From positions 1 through 61,766 of the IMG/VR virus record IMGVR_UViG_3300043419_000690: a stretch of 61,766 nucleotides of DNA. One strand, 5' to 3'. The stretch is from a virus. Taxonomy: Duplodnaviria; Caudoviricetes. Below are positions 38,477-48,305 of this stretch, in pieces. Made by a program: the position numbers and the translations under genes. Position 1 is the stretch's first letter; each line of letters starts with the position of its first letter. The notes under the pieces are model-generated. The model was not told the DNA's origin, did no database searches, and saw nothing but the letters and a program-made list of their open reading frames with translations.

Positions 38477-41400
38477 CCACCATAATTAATGCACGCGGTG
38501 AAGCAATTGAAATGCCTTTGGATGAAGGCATTAGCCAAACGCCAGGAGCTGCAGCAGCAACTCCCCGCCAAGGTAAACAAGACATACAAACTCAAGGCGC
38601 AGATAGAGTTGGCGGTGCATTACAAAATCTTTCTTGGGGCTTTAATGCTGCCTTATTTGCTTTACCTGATCTGGCAACAGAAAGCATTGGTAAAGTAATG
38701 GGTATGAAGCCTGAAGAGACATTTACTTTGGGCAAGTTTTTCAATCAGGGTCAAGTTTCTCCGCGTAATGCTGAAGAGCGTTATGCGCGTGCAATTGGTG
38801 AAGGTGTTGGCGGCACGATGCCTTTCACAGGAATAATTGGTTGGGCAGCTCGCACACGTCCTATGGTGTCAGTAGCAGAACCTTCTGCAGGTGTGATCAA
38901 AGGTATTGCTAATGATGCGATTAAATTTGCACAGCAAAGCCCTCGTTTAGCTGCAGCTATTGACGTTGCATTTGGTGCTGGATTTGAAGGAATGCGTCAA
39001 GCAGTAACTGAAAACGTTAGTGACGACAATCCAAACAAAACTTTGTATGAGCAGTTGTTACCTTCTGCTGCATTTGTTGGTTTGCCATTAGCTGCTCGCT
39101 TTACACCAGGTGCGATGGCACTGCGTGGTGCTAAGAAAGCGGGACAAGCCATCGGTGCTGACCGTCCTTATTCCACACTAGAAGAAGAAATCTTACGTGG
39201 TTCTGTTGATCCTACTACGGGTGAGAGAACAGGTGGCTTACGTAAAGGATGGCAACTTCCTGTTGTTAATTTATTCCCTCGTTACTTAATGAATAATGCT
39301 GAGAAAAAACTATCTCAGGTATTCGGTCCTATTGAAAAAAGCCCCGAGGCTCAAGAAGCATTAAGACAACTCGAATTAGCTCTGCAAGATAAGCGTGTTG
39401 CAGAAGCAGGCTTTATGTTCGATGTATCAGAAAAAACAATGTACAACCCTCTGTTAAACAAGAAGGTTGAATATTTAAATCAATTAGGTCCTACTGAGCT
39501 AGAGTCATTTAAAGCACGTGTCAATGAGAACCAAGAAAAGCTTCGTGCTTTGTTTGATTCGTTCTCGCCTGAAACACGTCAACCAGTTATTGAAGCATTC
39601 AAGGCAGCGCAAGCTGATCGCCAATCTTTCTTTGAGAACCTAGTGCGTGCTCAGAAGGATATGACGGACGCTGAGATCGCTGCGGTGTCCGAGCGCCTCG
39701 GACCACAGAACATGGACATGATTAACAATGAATTGCGTGGTGCGTTAATGTCCGGCATGGAGTTTGATTACAACATGCGTAAAAATACGTTGAACCGTAT
39801 GGGGTTGCGTCAAGCAACAAGCCCAGATGGTTTGCCAATGCCTACACGTGAAGAAGGTAAGTCATTATTCCCTGCGCAGGATATGGAAAAAGGTGCAACA
39901 GGTCTGGTGGATAAGTACACACCTGAGCGCCCATCTATGCGTAATCCTATCCCTGAGCCAATTAGTTTATTGCGTCAGTTTATTCAAAGCCAACAGTTTG
40001 CTCGTGAGAAGTTAGAGCGAAACATGGTCAAGCAATTAACCAATCAAGCTATTGATGAACAGATTGGTGCTTCTGGTTTGCCTAAAGATATTGAAGATGC
40101 TGTGCGCTCTTCTGTCATGGCATTGGTACAAGGTAAAGGCGGTAAAGGTACCAAGCGTCGTGCAGGTGTGTCTGAGATTGCTAAGACAGACTCACAAGGT
40201 AACGTCAGTATTCCTACTGGTATTCCAAACAAAACTATTGTTTTAAATCCTGCAAAGATTCAAGAAGATGCTGCATTAATTGCTAAAGCAAATACAGGTG
40301 TTGATATTAATTTGCCTGAAGCGTTGGATTATTTAGCTGCTGCTTCGCGTTTCCGTAATGATGCGTTGATTCGTTATAACGGAGCCATGGCTCGCGGCGG
40401 CACAAGACTGACTGATGCACAACGTGTATTAGATACAGGTAATGCTGTTTATAAGGACATTGAAAAACTGATCATGGACCACGTGCCTAAGATTCGTGCT
40501 GAGTATGATGGCATGAAAAACGTGCTCTCTGATTACAATGCAGGCTTTGAGAAGATGTTGCCGTTGCTTGTTTCTAGAAAAGGTCCTACGGGAGAATTCT
40601 TACTAGGCAATGAGCAAGTAATGCAGCGTGCTTTTGGTAGTGCAGATAATTTACGTCAGTTGCAGATAACCATGGGTGATACCCCACAACTTGATATATT
40701 GTTGGAAAGAGGCGCAATCGATTGGTTGCGTAGCAAAGGTGTAGTAAATGCTGACGGTATTGTTGATCCTAAAAAGATTCGCCAAGTATTAGATAAGAAT
40801 CGCAATATTGTTGAAGCATTGCCTCCTCAGATTCAACAAAAGTTTACTGATGAAGTTGCACTTGCTGATGACTACGTCACGCGTTTAGGTGAGTTAGATG
40901 CGCGTAAAGTCGCTGCAAAGAATGACGAGTTAGATCGCTTATTGAAGAAGGTTGCACGTCCTGATGCAGACCCACGTCAGACACTAGCTGATGCAATTAA
41001 AGACCCAGCAACCATGCGTGTGTTAGTTGACGAGTTAGGTAAAGACCCTGATCGTTTAGCTGCACTGCGCCGTGCTGTGTTTGAAGTAGCACAAGAAGGC
41101 ACCATGGGCGGCGGCGCTCTGCAGACCTTTATAAAGACCAATGAAAAGTCTTTAAAAGTACTCTTTAAAGACACTGGTCACTTGGAAGACTTGAAGATAC
41201 TGGCAGACTTACAGCGTCGCGTTAATGCTTTTGCTGATGTCACAGGTCAGATTCCTGCGTTTGCTTCACTTGATGAGACACTGAAGAAGACATTTGGTTC
41301 TGGTATTCAATACCTAACCACGCAAGCACGTGAAGTTGCTTCTGGTCGTATCAGTGGCACCACGGGTACCTTAGCGCTGCTCGTGCGTCTAAGTGCTGCG

Positions 41401-41868
41401 TTGGAAAATGATATCTACAAGCGTATCTTTACCAAAGCTTTGGAAGACCCAAACTTTGCAAGAAACCTAACTCATATTCAAACCCCCGCGCAGGGCAAGA
41501 AGGTCATTGCTCAGTTACAGACTATAGGCATTCCTTCAGGAAAGATATTGCCTAATGCTGTACGCGCCGCGGAGGAAGAAGCAGCTCAGTTGGCAATGCC
41601 ACAAGATCAGATGCCTGTAGCCCCTGCGCAACCTCCGGTTGCACAACCATCGGCTAGAGAACAACTGCGTGCATTGCCTCCTGCCCCACCACTGAAGTTT
41701 AATCTGAGAATGCCATCGTCTCCACCTGCAGGCGCACAGCCTCAAGGTGGCGCACAGAACATTCCTCTAATGTATCCTTCGCTGTTCCCGAATGATCCAA
41801 TTAGCGCGATGCTTCAACAGCGTCAGCAGCAGATTCAACAACGTCAGCAAGTTAATCCAGGACAATAA
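38473..41868 (+). CDS. Large internal virion/ejection protein
   Basis: 1131 aa, helical; ends YPSLFPNDPIS. Confidence 0.7.
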   Translation: MTTIINARGEAIEMPLDEGISQTPGAAAATPRQGKQDIQTQGADRVGGALQNLSWGFNAALFALPDLATESIGKVMGMKPEETFTLGKFFNQGQVSPRNAEERYARAIGEGVGGTMPFTGIIGWAARTRPMVSVAEPSAGVIKGIANDAIKFAQQSPRLAAAIDVAFGAGFEGMRQAVTENVSDDNPNKTLYEQLLPSAAFVGLPLAARFTPGAMALRGAKKAGQAIGADRPYSTLEEEILRGSVDPTTGERTGGLRKGWQLPVVNLFPRYLMNNAEKKLSQVFGPIEKSPEAQEALRQLELALQDKRVAEAGFMFDVSEKTMYNPLLNKKVEYLNQLGPTELESFKARVNENQEKLRALFDSFSPETRQPVIEAFKAAQADRQSFFENLVRAQKDMTDAEIAAVSERLGPQNMDMINNELRGALMSGMEFDYNMRKNTLNRMGLRQATSPDGLPMPTREEGKSLFPAQDMEKGATGLVDKYTPERPSMRNPIPEPISLLRQFIQSQQFAREKLERNMVKQLTNQAIDEQIGASGLPKDIEDAVRSSVMALVQGKGGKGTKRRAGVSEIAKTDSQGNVSIPTGIPNKTIVLNPAKIQEDAALIAKANTGVDINLPEALDYLAAASRFRNDALIRYNGAMARGGTRLTDAQRVLDTGNAVYKDIEKLIMDHVPKIRAEYDGMKNVLSDYNAGFEKMLPLLVSRKGPTGEFLLGNEQVMQRAFGSADNLRQLQITMGDTPQLDILLERGAIDWLRSKGVVNADGIVDPKKIRQVLDKNRNIVEALPPQIQQKFTDEVALADDYVTRLGELDARKVAAKNDELDRLLKKVARPDADPRQTLADAIKDPATMRVLVDELGKDPDRLAALRRAVFEVAQEGTMGGGALQTFIKTNEKSLKVLFKDTGHLEDLKILADLQRRVNAFADVTGQIPAFASLDETLKKTFGSGIQYLTTQAREVASGRISGTTGTLALLVRLSAALENDIYKRIFTKALEDPNFARNLTHIQTPAQGKKVIAQLQTIGIPSGKILPNAVRAAEEEAAQLAMPQDQMPVAPAQPPVAQPSAREQLRALPPAPPLKFNLRMPSSPPAGAQPQGGAQNIPLMYPSLFPNDPISAMLQQRQQQIQQRQQVNPGQ

Positions 41869-41870
41869 TC

Positions 41871-42308
41871 ATGCGAGTAACAAAAAAAGCTATAGGGCAG
41901 GAGATTAAAAAAGCCTACATGAGTGAGGGACCAAAAGGCTGTCCTCTTGCTACTGTGGATATTCATGTCAATTTAAAAAATCGTAATCATGCAATTGAAG
42001 ATTATGGTTATGGTCCATTAAATCCTGAAGAGCCCTCGACAAAGTTTTGGGACGAGAAGGCAAAGATGTGGGGCACTACTCCAGAAGAGGCAAAGACGAC
42101 TCGTTGTGGTAATTGCGCAGCATTCATTAAAACAAAACAGATGTTAGATTGCATGTCCAAAGGTATTGAGTCTGAAAAAGAAGAGCATAAAGACTACTCA
42201 ATGGATGTAATTGAGGCAGGTAATTTGGGCTACTGTGAGTTGTTTCATTTTAAATGTGCAGGTAGTCGTACCTGTGATGCGTGGATCGTTGGCGGTCCCA
42301 TTACCTAA
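41871..42308 (+). CDS. Cys-rich hypothetical protein
   Basis: CPLAT..NLKNR, CGNC, GYCELFHFKC...TCDAW. Confidence 0.75.
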   Translation: MRVTKKAIGQEIKKAYMSEGPKGCPLATVDIHVNLKNRNHAIEDYGYGPLNPEEPSTKFWDEKAKMWGTTPEEAKTTRCGNCAAFIKTKQMLDCMSKGIESEKEEHKDYSMDVIEAGNLGYCELFHFKCAGSRTCDAWIVGGPIT

Positions 42309-42318
42309 AGGAAGAATC

Positions 42319-42477
42319 ATGGCTACTAAACCTGTATGGGATAAACCAAGACCAAAAGGTCTAGGTAAAAGCAAACCACTCTCACCAAAGAAAAAAGCTG
42401 CAGCAAAAGCTGCAGCTAAGAAAGCGGGCAGACCCTACCCAAATCTCGTCGATAATATGCGGGCTGCCAAGAAATAG
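42319..42477 (+). CDS. Small basic protein (52 aa)
   Basis: AAGGA SD; KKKAAAKAAAKKAGRPYPNLVDNM. Confidence 0.7.
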   Translation: MATKPVWDKPRPKGLGKSKPLSPKKKAAAKAAAKKAGRPYPNLVDNMRAAKK

Positions 42478-42485
42478 TCGTACTG

Positions 42486-42509
42486 CCGCGGACCTCCTCC
42501 CCGCGGTTT
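42486..42509. terminator. Hairpin between convergent units
   Basis: CCGCGG-9 nt-CCGCGG then TTT. Confidence 0.4.
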
Positions 42510-43221
42510 AAGAGTCTGATGTGACTTCTCCGTCGGACTCTCTTTTTTGGGATGCGTAGAGTTCTACTCTATGCATCCATTGATCTTGGTAGCCATCAAA
42601 CTCACGGCCACAAGTCACAAATTCCTGAATAGTCCCATCCTGACACATCATCATAATTACCCCTTGCCGGATATCGGTACCATGGACTTTATTGTGCGCA
42701 GCAGCATAAGCGCCCAGTTGTAAGAAATAGTCATCAATCCACTCCCTTTTCTTGGGCTTATTAGTCTGCTTAAAGTCAAGAATGGTTGCTTCACCCTTGT
42801 AGATGCCAACGCAATCGGTGGTGCCTGCGTAGCGTTCAGGGTAATACAGTGGAACCTCCGAGCCCCATACCTCTTGGACATGCGGAAAGAAGTGCTCGAT
42901 CAACGCATAGCCCATGCGATAACCTTTGACCGCGAGCCATGTCCGCGGAACTGGCAAAGGCTTATTCATAAGTAGTCGTTCGACTACATTGTGCATGTGG
43001 GTGCCAACGGTGGCTGCCTCATTCTTAATCTGTTCAGCCTTGTCTTTACCAACCTTATCTTCCCATTCCTTTAGGTAAGTCTGATCCTTTGTGGCGGACA
43101 GAATGTTGGTGACGCTAGGCAGGGGTATTTGATCCTCCCCCTTGTAGACACGACCCGTTTCCAAGTCTAGTCGCTCTAGTTTCTCGTACTTGTATTTCTT
43201 TCTGATAGGTATGAGTTGCAT
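42508..43221 (-). CDS. PD-(D/E)XK exonuclease
   Basis: LPSVTNIL, GTHMH, YAGTTD, ILDFK, YFLQLGAY. Confidence 0.88.
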   Translation of the reverse strand: MQLIPIRKKYKYEKLERLDLETGRVYKGEDQIPLPSVTNILSATKDQTYLKEWEDKVGKDKAEQIKNEAATVGTHMHNVVERLLMNKPLPVPRTWLAVKGYRMGYALIEHFFPHVQEVWGSEVPLYYPERYAGTTDCVGIYKGEATILDFKQTNKPKKREWIDDYFLQLGAYAAAHNKVHGTDIRQGVIMMMCQDGTIQEFVTCGREFDGYQDQWMHRVELYASQKRESDGEVTSDS

Positions 43222-43229
43222 GATTTTCC

Positions 43230-44681
43230 TTAAATTAACCACTCTTTTAAGTCTTCGCCAAGTACTTGGGAAGCGATATCAATTTTGCTACGTAATGCTT
43301 TGACGATGTGTTCATCCACCGTCTTCGTCGAAATTAGGTCAATATATGTGACTTTTTCAGTTTGACCGATCCTGTGAGCCCTGTCTTCGGACTGCAGGCG
43401 CTTCTCCAAATCAAAACTATTGCTGTAGTAAACGACCGTATGGGAGGACACAAGCGTCAATCCGTAGCCACCCGTAGTAGGATTTCCTACAAAAAAGCGT
43501 AACTCACTTTCCGGATCAGAAAACTTGTCAACAATATCCTGTCTATCGTCATTCTTGGTATCCCCGTAGTACGTAGCTACACTGGTCATGCCATATTCTT
43601 TTTGTATGGCCAGCTTGATATCTTCGATGTTCCTGCGGTAGTTTGCCCAGATGATAACTTTGCCGTCAGACTCAGCCAAGACAGACATCAGCTCATCGAT
43701 ACGATTATTAGGCAGCGCAATCTCTTGACCGTCATCCAACTTCACATAGCCACAGACAATCTGATGCAGGCGCATTAGCTGCGTCAATGCATTGGTGGTG
43801 GACATCATGCCCTGCTCCACAATAGACAGAGCCATCAGCTTCATCTGGTCATAGGCTTTTAGCTGTTCAGCGGTTAACTCTACATCCCGTCGCATGTAAA
43901 TCTTGTCCGGCAGATCAAGGCACTCGTCCTTCGTGACACGAAAGGCAAAGTTATCTAACTTTTCCTTTAGCTCATCCAACCTACGGTAGCCGACCACCTG
44001 CTTAAACGTATGGCTAGGCATCTTGCGTTCAACGAGGACCGCGTACCGCGCCTGAAACGTGTAGTAGTTCGTAGCACCCAAGTAATCGCCAGACAAGAAC
44101 TCGCACTGTGAGTACAAGTCAAGAGGGCTTTTCGTTACAGGAGAGCCAGTTGCAATGCGTCGGTATTTTGCATCTTTGCCAAGTTTCACTATGTTTTTTG
44201 TGCGTTTGGCGCTATGATTTTTAATCGTTGTGGACTCATCTATGGCCATAAACGTTTTCGTAACGCGAAGAAATGTCTTGGCGAAGGAGGTCCCTTTTTC
44301 TGTTGAAAATGCCTCTGTGTTCATGATCAAGATACGAAGATCATCAACCGCGTTCATCATCTCTTCCATCTCTACTTTCTCTGCTTTCTTTGGTGTTGGA
44401 TTCCAGCAAGCCATCTTATAACTAACATGATCCGGCATATGCTTGGGTATCTCAGACTTGTACCAGTTTCTGTACACACCCTTTGGTGCTACAACTAACA
44501 ACGCATTGATTCTGCCTTTGTCATAGAGCATCGCAGCGTTATTAATCAACATAAATGATTTACCTGTACCCATCTCTGCAAAGACAGCTACGCCTTCTTG
44601 CTCCCAGAAACGCTGTAGATATGCGCCCTGATGCACGAATGGTTTGTTCTTAAACGGGTACTTCTCAATAAAATAATCCAT
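43230..44681 (-). CDS. SNF2-family (SF2) helicase
   Basis: EMGTGKS, IDEST, ATGSP, QSEDRAHRIGQ. Confidence 0.92.
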   Translation of the reverse strand: MDYFIEKYPFKNKPFVHQGAYLQRFWEQEGVAVFAEMGTGKSFMLINNAAMLYDKGRINALLVVAPKGVYRNWYKSEIPKHMPDHVSYKMACWNPTPKKAEKVEMEEMMNAVDDLRILIMNTEAFSTEKGTSFAKTFLRVTKTFMAIDESTTIKNHSAKRTKNIVKLGKDAKYRRIATGSPVTKSPLDLYSQCEFLSGDYLGATNYYTFQARYAVLVERKMPSHTFKQVVGYRRLDELKEKLDNFAFRVTKDECLDLPDKIYMRRDVELTAEQLKAYDQMKLMALSIVEQGMMSTTNALTQLMRLHQIVCGYVKLDDGQEIALPNNRIDELMSVLAESDGKVIIWANYRRNIEDIKLAIQKEYGMTSVATYYGDTKNDDRQDIVDKFSDPESELRFFVGNPTTGGYGLTLVSSHTVVYYSNSFDLEKRLQSEDRAHRIGQTEKVTYIDLISTKTVDEHIVKALRSKIDIASQVLGEDLKEWLI

Positions 44682-44767
44682 CTCTATTCCTTTCTTTTAA
44701 ACAAGTGCTTGACAACTTGAATTTTTATTGTACACTATGTTTACGTTTTAAGAAAGGAGAAAGAAAC
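44682..44767. promoter_or_regulatory. Divergent promoter region of the replication genes
   Basis: TTGACA(44709)-16 bp-TACACT; AGAAAGG leaders on both strands. Confidence 0.6.
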
Positions 44768-45097
44768 GTGTCTAAAGTTTATGTTGTACAAGAAATGCCA
44801 ACGCATAATATCGGCCCTGCTTTGAAGTATGGGGAAATAGAGGTATTGCTACCTACTAATACGCAACTTGCTTTTTCAACAGCACCTTCAATCCGAAGAA
44901 TGCGGAATAAGCTGCGTAATTATAAGGATGGTGATTATCTTTTATTAACGGGTGACCCTGTAGCTATCGGTTTGGCTTGTTCGATAGCATCTTTCAATAA
45001 CGGTGGACGTTACACTGCGTTAAAATGGGATCGTCGGGATTGCATGTATATCCCGGTAAAGATTGACGTTACAGAGAATGGAGAAAGCGATGACTGA
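44768..45097 (+). CDS. Hypothetical protein
   Basis: GTG after AGAAAGGAG; DYLLLTGDP, LKWDR. Confidence 0.75.
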   Translation: MSKVYVVQEMPTHNIGPALKYGEIEVLLPTNTQLAFSTAPSIRRMRNKLRNYKDGDYLLLTGDPVAIGLACSIASFNNGGRYTALKWDRRDCMYIPVKIDVTENGESDD

Positions 45098-45647
45098 AAT
45101 TAATAGCCTCTTTGAAGAGGACGCAGGTGCATTAACAATCAAGAACGAAGACTTGTCTTCAGTAGGTGCTTTAGCTAAACGCGCAAAGCAACTAGAGAAA
45201 GAAATCGAAGAGCTTGATGACACATTAAAGGAACGCAAAGAACAGCAACGCAAGTTGTTGGAAGAAGCTATTCCTGCAATGCTACAAGAACTTGGTATGA
45301 GCAAGTTCAGTATGGCTGATGGTAGTGTGATTGAAGTAAAACCATTCTACTCAGCAAGCATTAAAGAAGAAAATCGTGCGGTTGCATACGAATGGTTGCG
45401 TGCAAACGGTCACGATGACATCATTAAGAACACAGTGTCAGTACGCTTCGGACGTGGCGAAGACGAATTGTGCGAAACACTGTTACAAAAACTGCGTGAG
45501 GACAGCTATCCAGTTGAACAATCGCAGAAGATCGAACCACAGACTCTTAAAGCATGGGTCAAGGATATGATCACACGTGGTGCCGAGTTCCCTACAGAGA
45601 CATTCGGTGTTTATGCAGGAAACAAAGCAACAATCAAAACCGCCTAA
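45090..45647 (+). CDS. Replication-module hypothetical protein
   Basis: GGAG SD; WLRANGHDDIIKN, IEPQTLKAWVK. Confidence 0.75.
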   Translation: MTEINSLFEEDAGALTIKNEDLSSVGALAKRAKQLEKEIEELDDTLKERKEQQRKLLEEAIPAMLQELGMSKFSMADGSVIEVKPFYSASIKEENRAVAYEWLRANGHDDIIKNTVSVRFGRGEDELCETLLQKLREDSYPVEQSQKIEPQTLKAWVKDMITRGAEFPTETFGVYAGNKATIKTA

Positions 45648-45662
45648 TCAAGGAGAACGAAC

Positions 45663-46430
45663 ATGGCAAAAGCAGACGTAGCAGTAAAAGCAAACACAGC
45701 AGTAGCATTGGCATCAAATTTTGAAGATGACGCAGTAGCAGGTGGTTTCAGTGACATGGGTCAAGAAGACTTTGCGCTTCCTTTCCTACGTTTATTGACA
45801 AACACATCACCTGAAGTAGGCGAAGTTGATGGAGCGATGCCAGGCATGATTTACAACACAGTAACTGGACAACTCTATGATGGAAAAAAAGGGATCACCG
45901 TTATCCCATGTGCATATGTCAGACAATATATTGAATGGGCTCCCCGAGGCAGTGGTTCTGGAGCGCCTATTAACATCTATCCGGCAACGTCCGATATTCT
46001 CTCAAGAACCCATCGTGAGCCAGGCGATAACAAAGATTATCTCGACAACGGTAACTACATTGAGAACACAGCGAATCATTACGTAATGATCGTTAACGAT
46101 GAAGGTATTCCTGAGCCTGCATTGATCACTATGAAGTCAACGCAGTTGAAGAAGTCACGCAAGTGGAATAGCATGATGATGTCCACAAAAGCAATGGGCA
46201 AGAATGGTCCATTCACTCCACCTATGTTCTCTCAGTTGTATCGCTTATCCACACAAGCCGAGTCAAATGACAAAGGTAAATGGTTTGGTTGGGAAGTAGA
46301 ACGTATTGGCGCTATCGAAGACATGGCATTGTATGGTGCTGCTAAAGCATTCAATGCAAGTGTTGGTTCTGGTGATGTAAAAGTAAAACATCAGGACGAA
46401 GCACAAGGTACAGATAACGTACCGTTCTAA
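45663..46430 (+). CDS. Probable single-stranded DNA-binding protein
   Basis: Acidic tail ending DNVPF; MKSTQLKKSRKW; upstream of the primase. Confidence 0.6.
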   Translation: MAKADVAVKANTAVALASNFEDDAVAGGFSDMGQEDFALPFLRLLTNTSPEVGEVDGAMPGMIYNTVTGQLYDGKKGITVIPCAYVRQYIEWAPRGSGSGAPINIYPATSDILSRTHREPGDNKDYLDNGNYIENTANHYVMIVNDEGIPEPALITMKSTQLKKSRKWNSMMMSTKAMGKNGPFTPPMFSQLYRLSTQAESNDKGKWFGWEVERIGAIEDMALYGAAKAFNASVGSGDVKVKHQDEAQGTDNVPF

Positions 46431-46439
46431 TTGTCTTAC

Positions 46440-46516
46440 GGGGGAAAGCGGATTCTGTTCGGTAAAATTCCGACTAGTAAAACCATAAGATGCATTTTCA
46501 GTGCAGCGAGTACCCC
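46440..46516 (+). ncRNA. Structured RNA candidate with a loop-E/sarcin-ricin (GAA/AGUA) motif
   Basis: GGGG-GAA-AGC...GCG-AGTA-CCCC with inner CTG/CAG and TCGG/CCGA helices. Confidence 0.45.
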
Positions 46517-46533
46517 ACCTTTAGAGATAGAGC

Positions 46534-48066
46534 ATGACTGACATAACAAAATTCAAAGCTATATTCAGTGGGCTTGATATCGCCTACGGAACATACGTAA
46601 TTAAGAAGGAGCGTGGCGATGGAAAACAAGCCGGACAAGCGACAGTGGTCAGAAAACCTCCGACGGATGACCTTTGGGAAAAGCATCTTACTGGTGTTGA
46701 GCCTTCCCTTGGGATTATTCCTATCAGGGCTGATAACTCTTGCGTATGGGGTTGCATTGATATTGACCAGTATCCGATTGACCATAAAGGGTTGGTGGAA
46801 AAAATCGCGGGACTCAACCTCCCATTGGTAGTCTGCCGCAGTAAATCGGGTGGCGCACATTGCTTCTTGTTCACTAAAGAACCTATACCTGCACGCGAAA
46901 TGCAGGACTACTTAAAAGCATGTGCTGCATTACTAGGTGAAGCAGGCCGCGAAATATTTCCTAAGCAAGCAGAGATACTCGTGGACCGCGGAGACACAGG
47001 TAACTTTTTGAACCTGCCTTACTTTGCAGGAGATAACGGAACACGCTATGCATTCAACAGTAATGGTGAGGCGGCTACGCTCGAAGAGTTTTATGCTCTC
47101 TACGAAAAGAATGTTTCTGATGGCACACCACCGTTGCCCGAGCCGCCAAAAGTTGCGGATACTCCTATCAAAGATGGACCGCCCTGCCTACAGGCGCTCT
47201 GCTCACAGGGGTTTCCCGAAGGTACTCGTAACAATGGTTTATTCAACATTGGAATCTATCTCAAGAAAGTTACTCCGTCGGCATGGGAAGATAAAGTTGT
47301 AGAACACAACATGAAGTACTTCGCTCCACCACTACCAAACAATGAGGTGCAAATTGTCATTAAGCAGTTGGGAAAAAAAGAGTATCGATACAAATGTAAA
47401 GATGCGCCTCTTAATAGCTTTTGCAACAGTGGCCTTTGCCGTACCCGTAAGCATGGTATTGGTGGTCATGGTCCTGACTCACCCACTCTCTCTTCCCTCA
47501 GTAAGTATGCATCCGAACCTCCTCTCTGGTTTTTGGACATCGACGGAAGACGTATCGAGCTCGAGACAGACAGCTTGTTCAACCAAGCAGCTTTCCAAAA
47601 AGCTTGCCTCGAGAAACTCAATACCCTTCCACCTGCTCTCAAGAAACAAGATTGGGAAGGATTGCTTAATGGTTTACTCAAAGAGATGGTTGAGACAGAA
47701 CAAATCTCTGAAGCAAGTGAAGATACCTCAGTAACAGGACGCTTCATGGATTTACTAGAAGAGTTCACAACACACATGCAACAAGCAATGGATCGTGTTG
47801 AAATTCTTATGGGCAGACCATGGATTGAACCTGATGATGGCAAATGTTATTTTCGTATAAAAGATTTAGAAGCACACTTAAAACGAAATAACTTTGTTGG
47901 ACTAACAGCACCTAAGATGGCTCAACGCTTGCGTGACATGGGCGGCGAACCAATACCACTATTTTTAAAAGGACGCACTGTGCGTTGCTGGCGCATACCT
48001 GCTTTCAGTAAGCAAGATGCACCATTCGATACACAAACCGTTCGTGAACAAGGGAGCCCGTTTTGA
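46534..48066 (+). CDS. AEP-type primase/primase-polymerase
   Basis: WGCIDID, RSKSGGAH, NLPY; PPCL..GTRNN (PriCT-like); Cys cluster. Confidence 0.8.
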   Translation: MTDITKFKAIFSGLDIAYGTYVIKKERGDGKQAGQATVVRKPPTDDLWEKHLTGVEPSLGIIPIRADNSCVWGCIDIDQYPIDHKGLVEKIAGLNLPLVVCRSKSGGAHCFLFTKEPIPAREMQDYLKACAALLGEAGREIFPKQAEILVDRGDTGNFLNLPYFAGDNGTRYAFNSNGEAATLEEFYALYEKNVSDGTPPLPEPPKVADTPIKDGPPCLQALCSQGFPEGTRNNGLFNIGIYLKKVTPSAWEDKVVEHNMKYFAPPLPNNEVQIVIKQLGKKEYRYKCKDAPLNSFCNSGLCRTRKHGIGGHGPDSPTLSSLSKYASEPPLWFLDIDGRRIELETDSLFNQAAFQKACLEKLNTLPPALKKQDWEGLLNGLLKEMVETEQISEASEDTSVTGRFMDLLEEFTTHMQQAMDRVEILMGRPWIEPDDGKCYFRIKDLEAHLKRNNFVGLTAPKMAQRLRDMGGEPIPLFLKGRTVRCWRIPAFSKQDAPFDTQTVREQGSPF

Positions 48067-48305
48067 TTAAATTAGATGGTTACGATGAAGCTATCCTTGG
48101 ACCTGCATACGTTTGGCATGATGGTGAGCAAGTTGAAACTTTAGTTTATAGCGCAGAAAAGATTCGTGAAATATTAATGAATCGTGATGGCATGACTATG
48201 GACGAAGCAAGAGAGTTTATTGAGTTCAACATTGAAGGTTTATACGCAGGAATTGATACACCTATCTTAGTCTGGCCTGAAGACTATTATGAACTCAACG
48301 ATTAA
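48063..48305 (+). CDS. Hypothetical protein
   Basis: DGYDEAILG..EAREFIEFNIEG..TP. Confidence 0.7.
   Translation: MIKLDGYDEAILGPAYVWHDGEQVETLVYSAEKIREILMNRDGMTMDEAREFIEFNIEGLYAGIDTPILVWPEDYYELND

Noticed and set aside
923-41745. Many antisense or nested ORFs from the six-frame track
   Set aside because: They shadow well-supported genes and show no recognisable motifs.
42508-43221. Cas4 or defence nuclease
   Set aside because: Lacks the four-Cys Fe-S pattern; fits an ordinary phage PD-(D/E)XK exonuclease.
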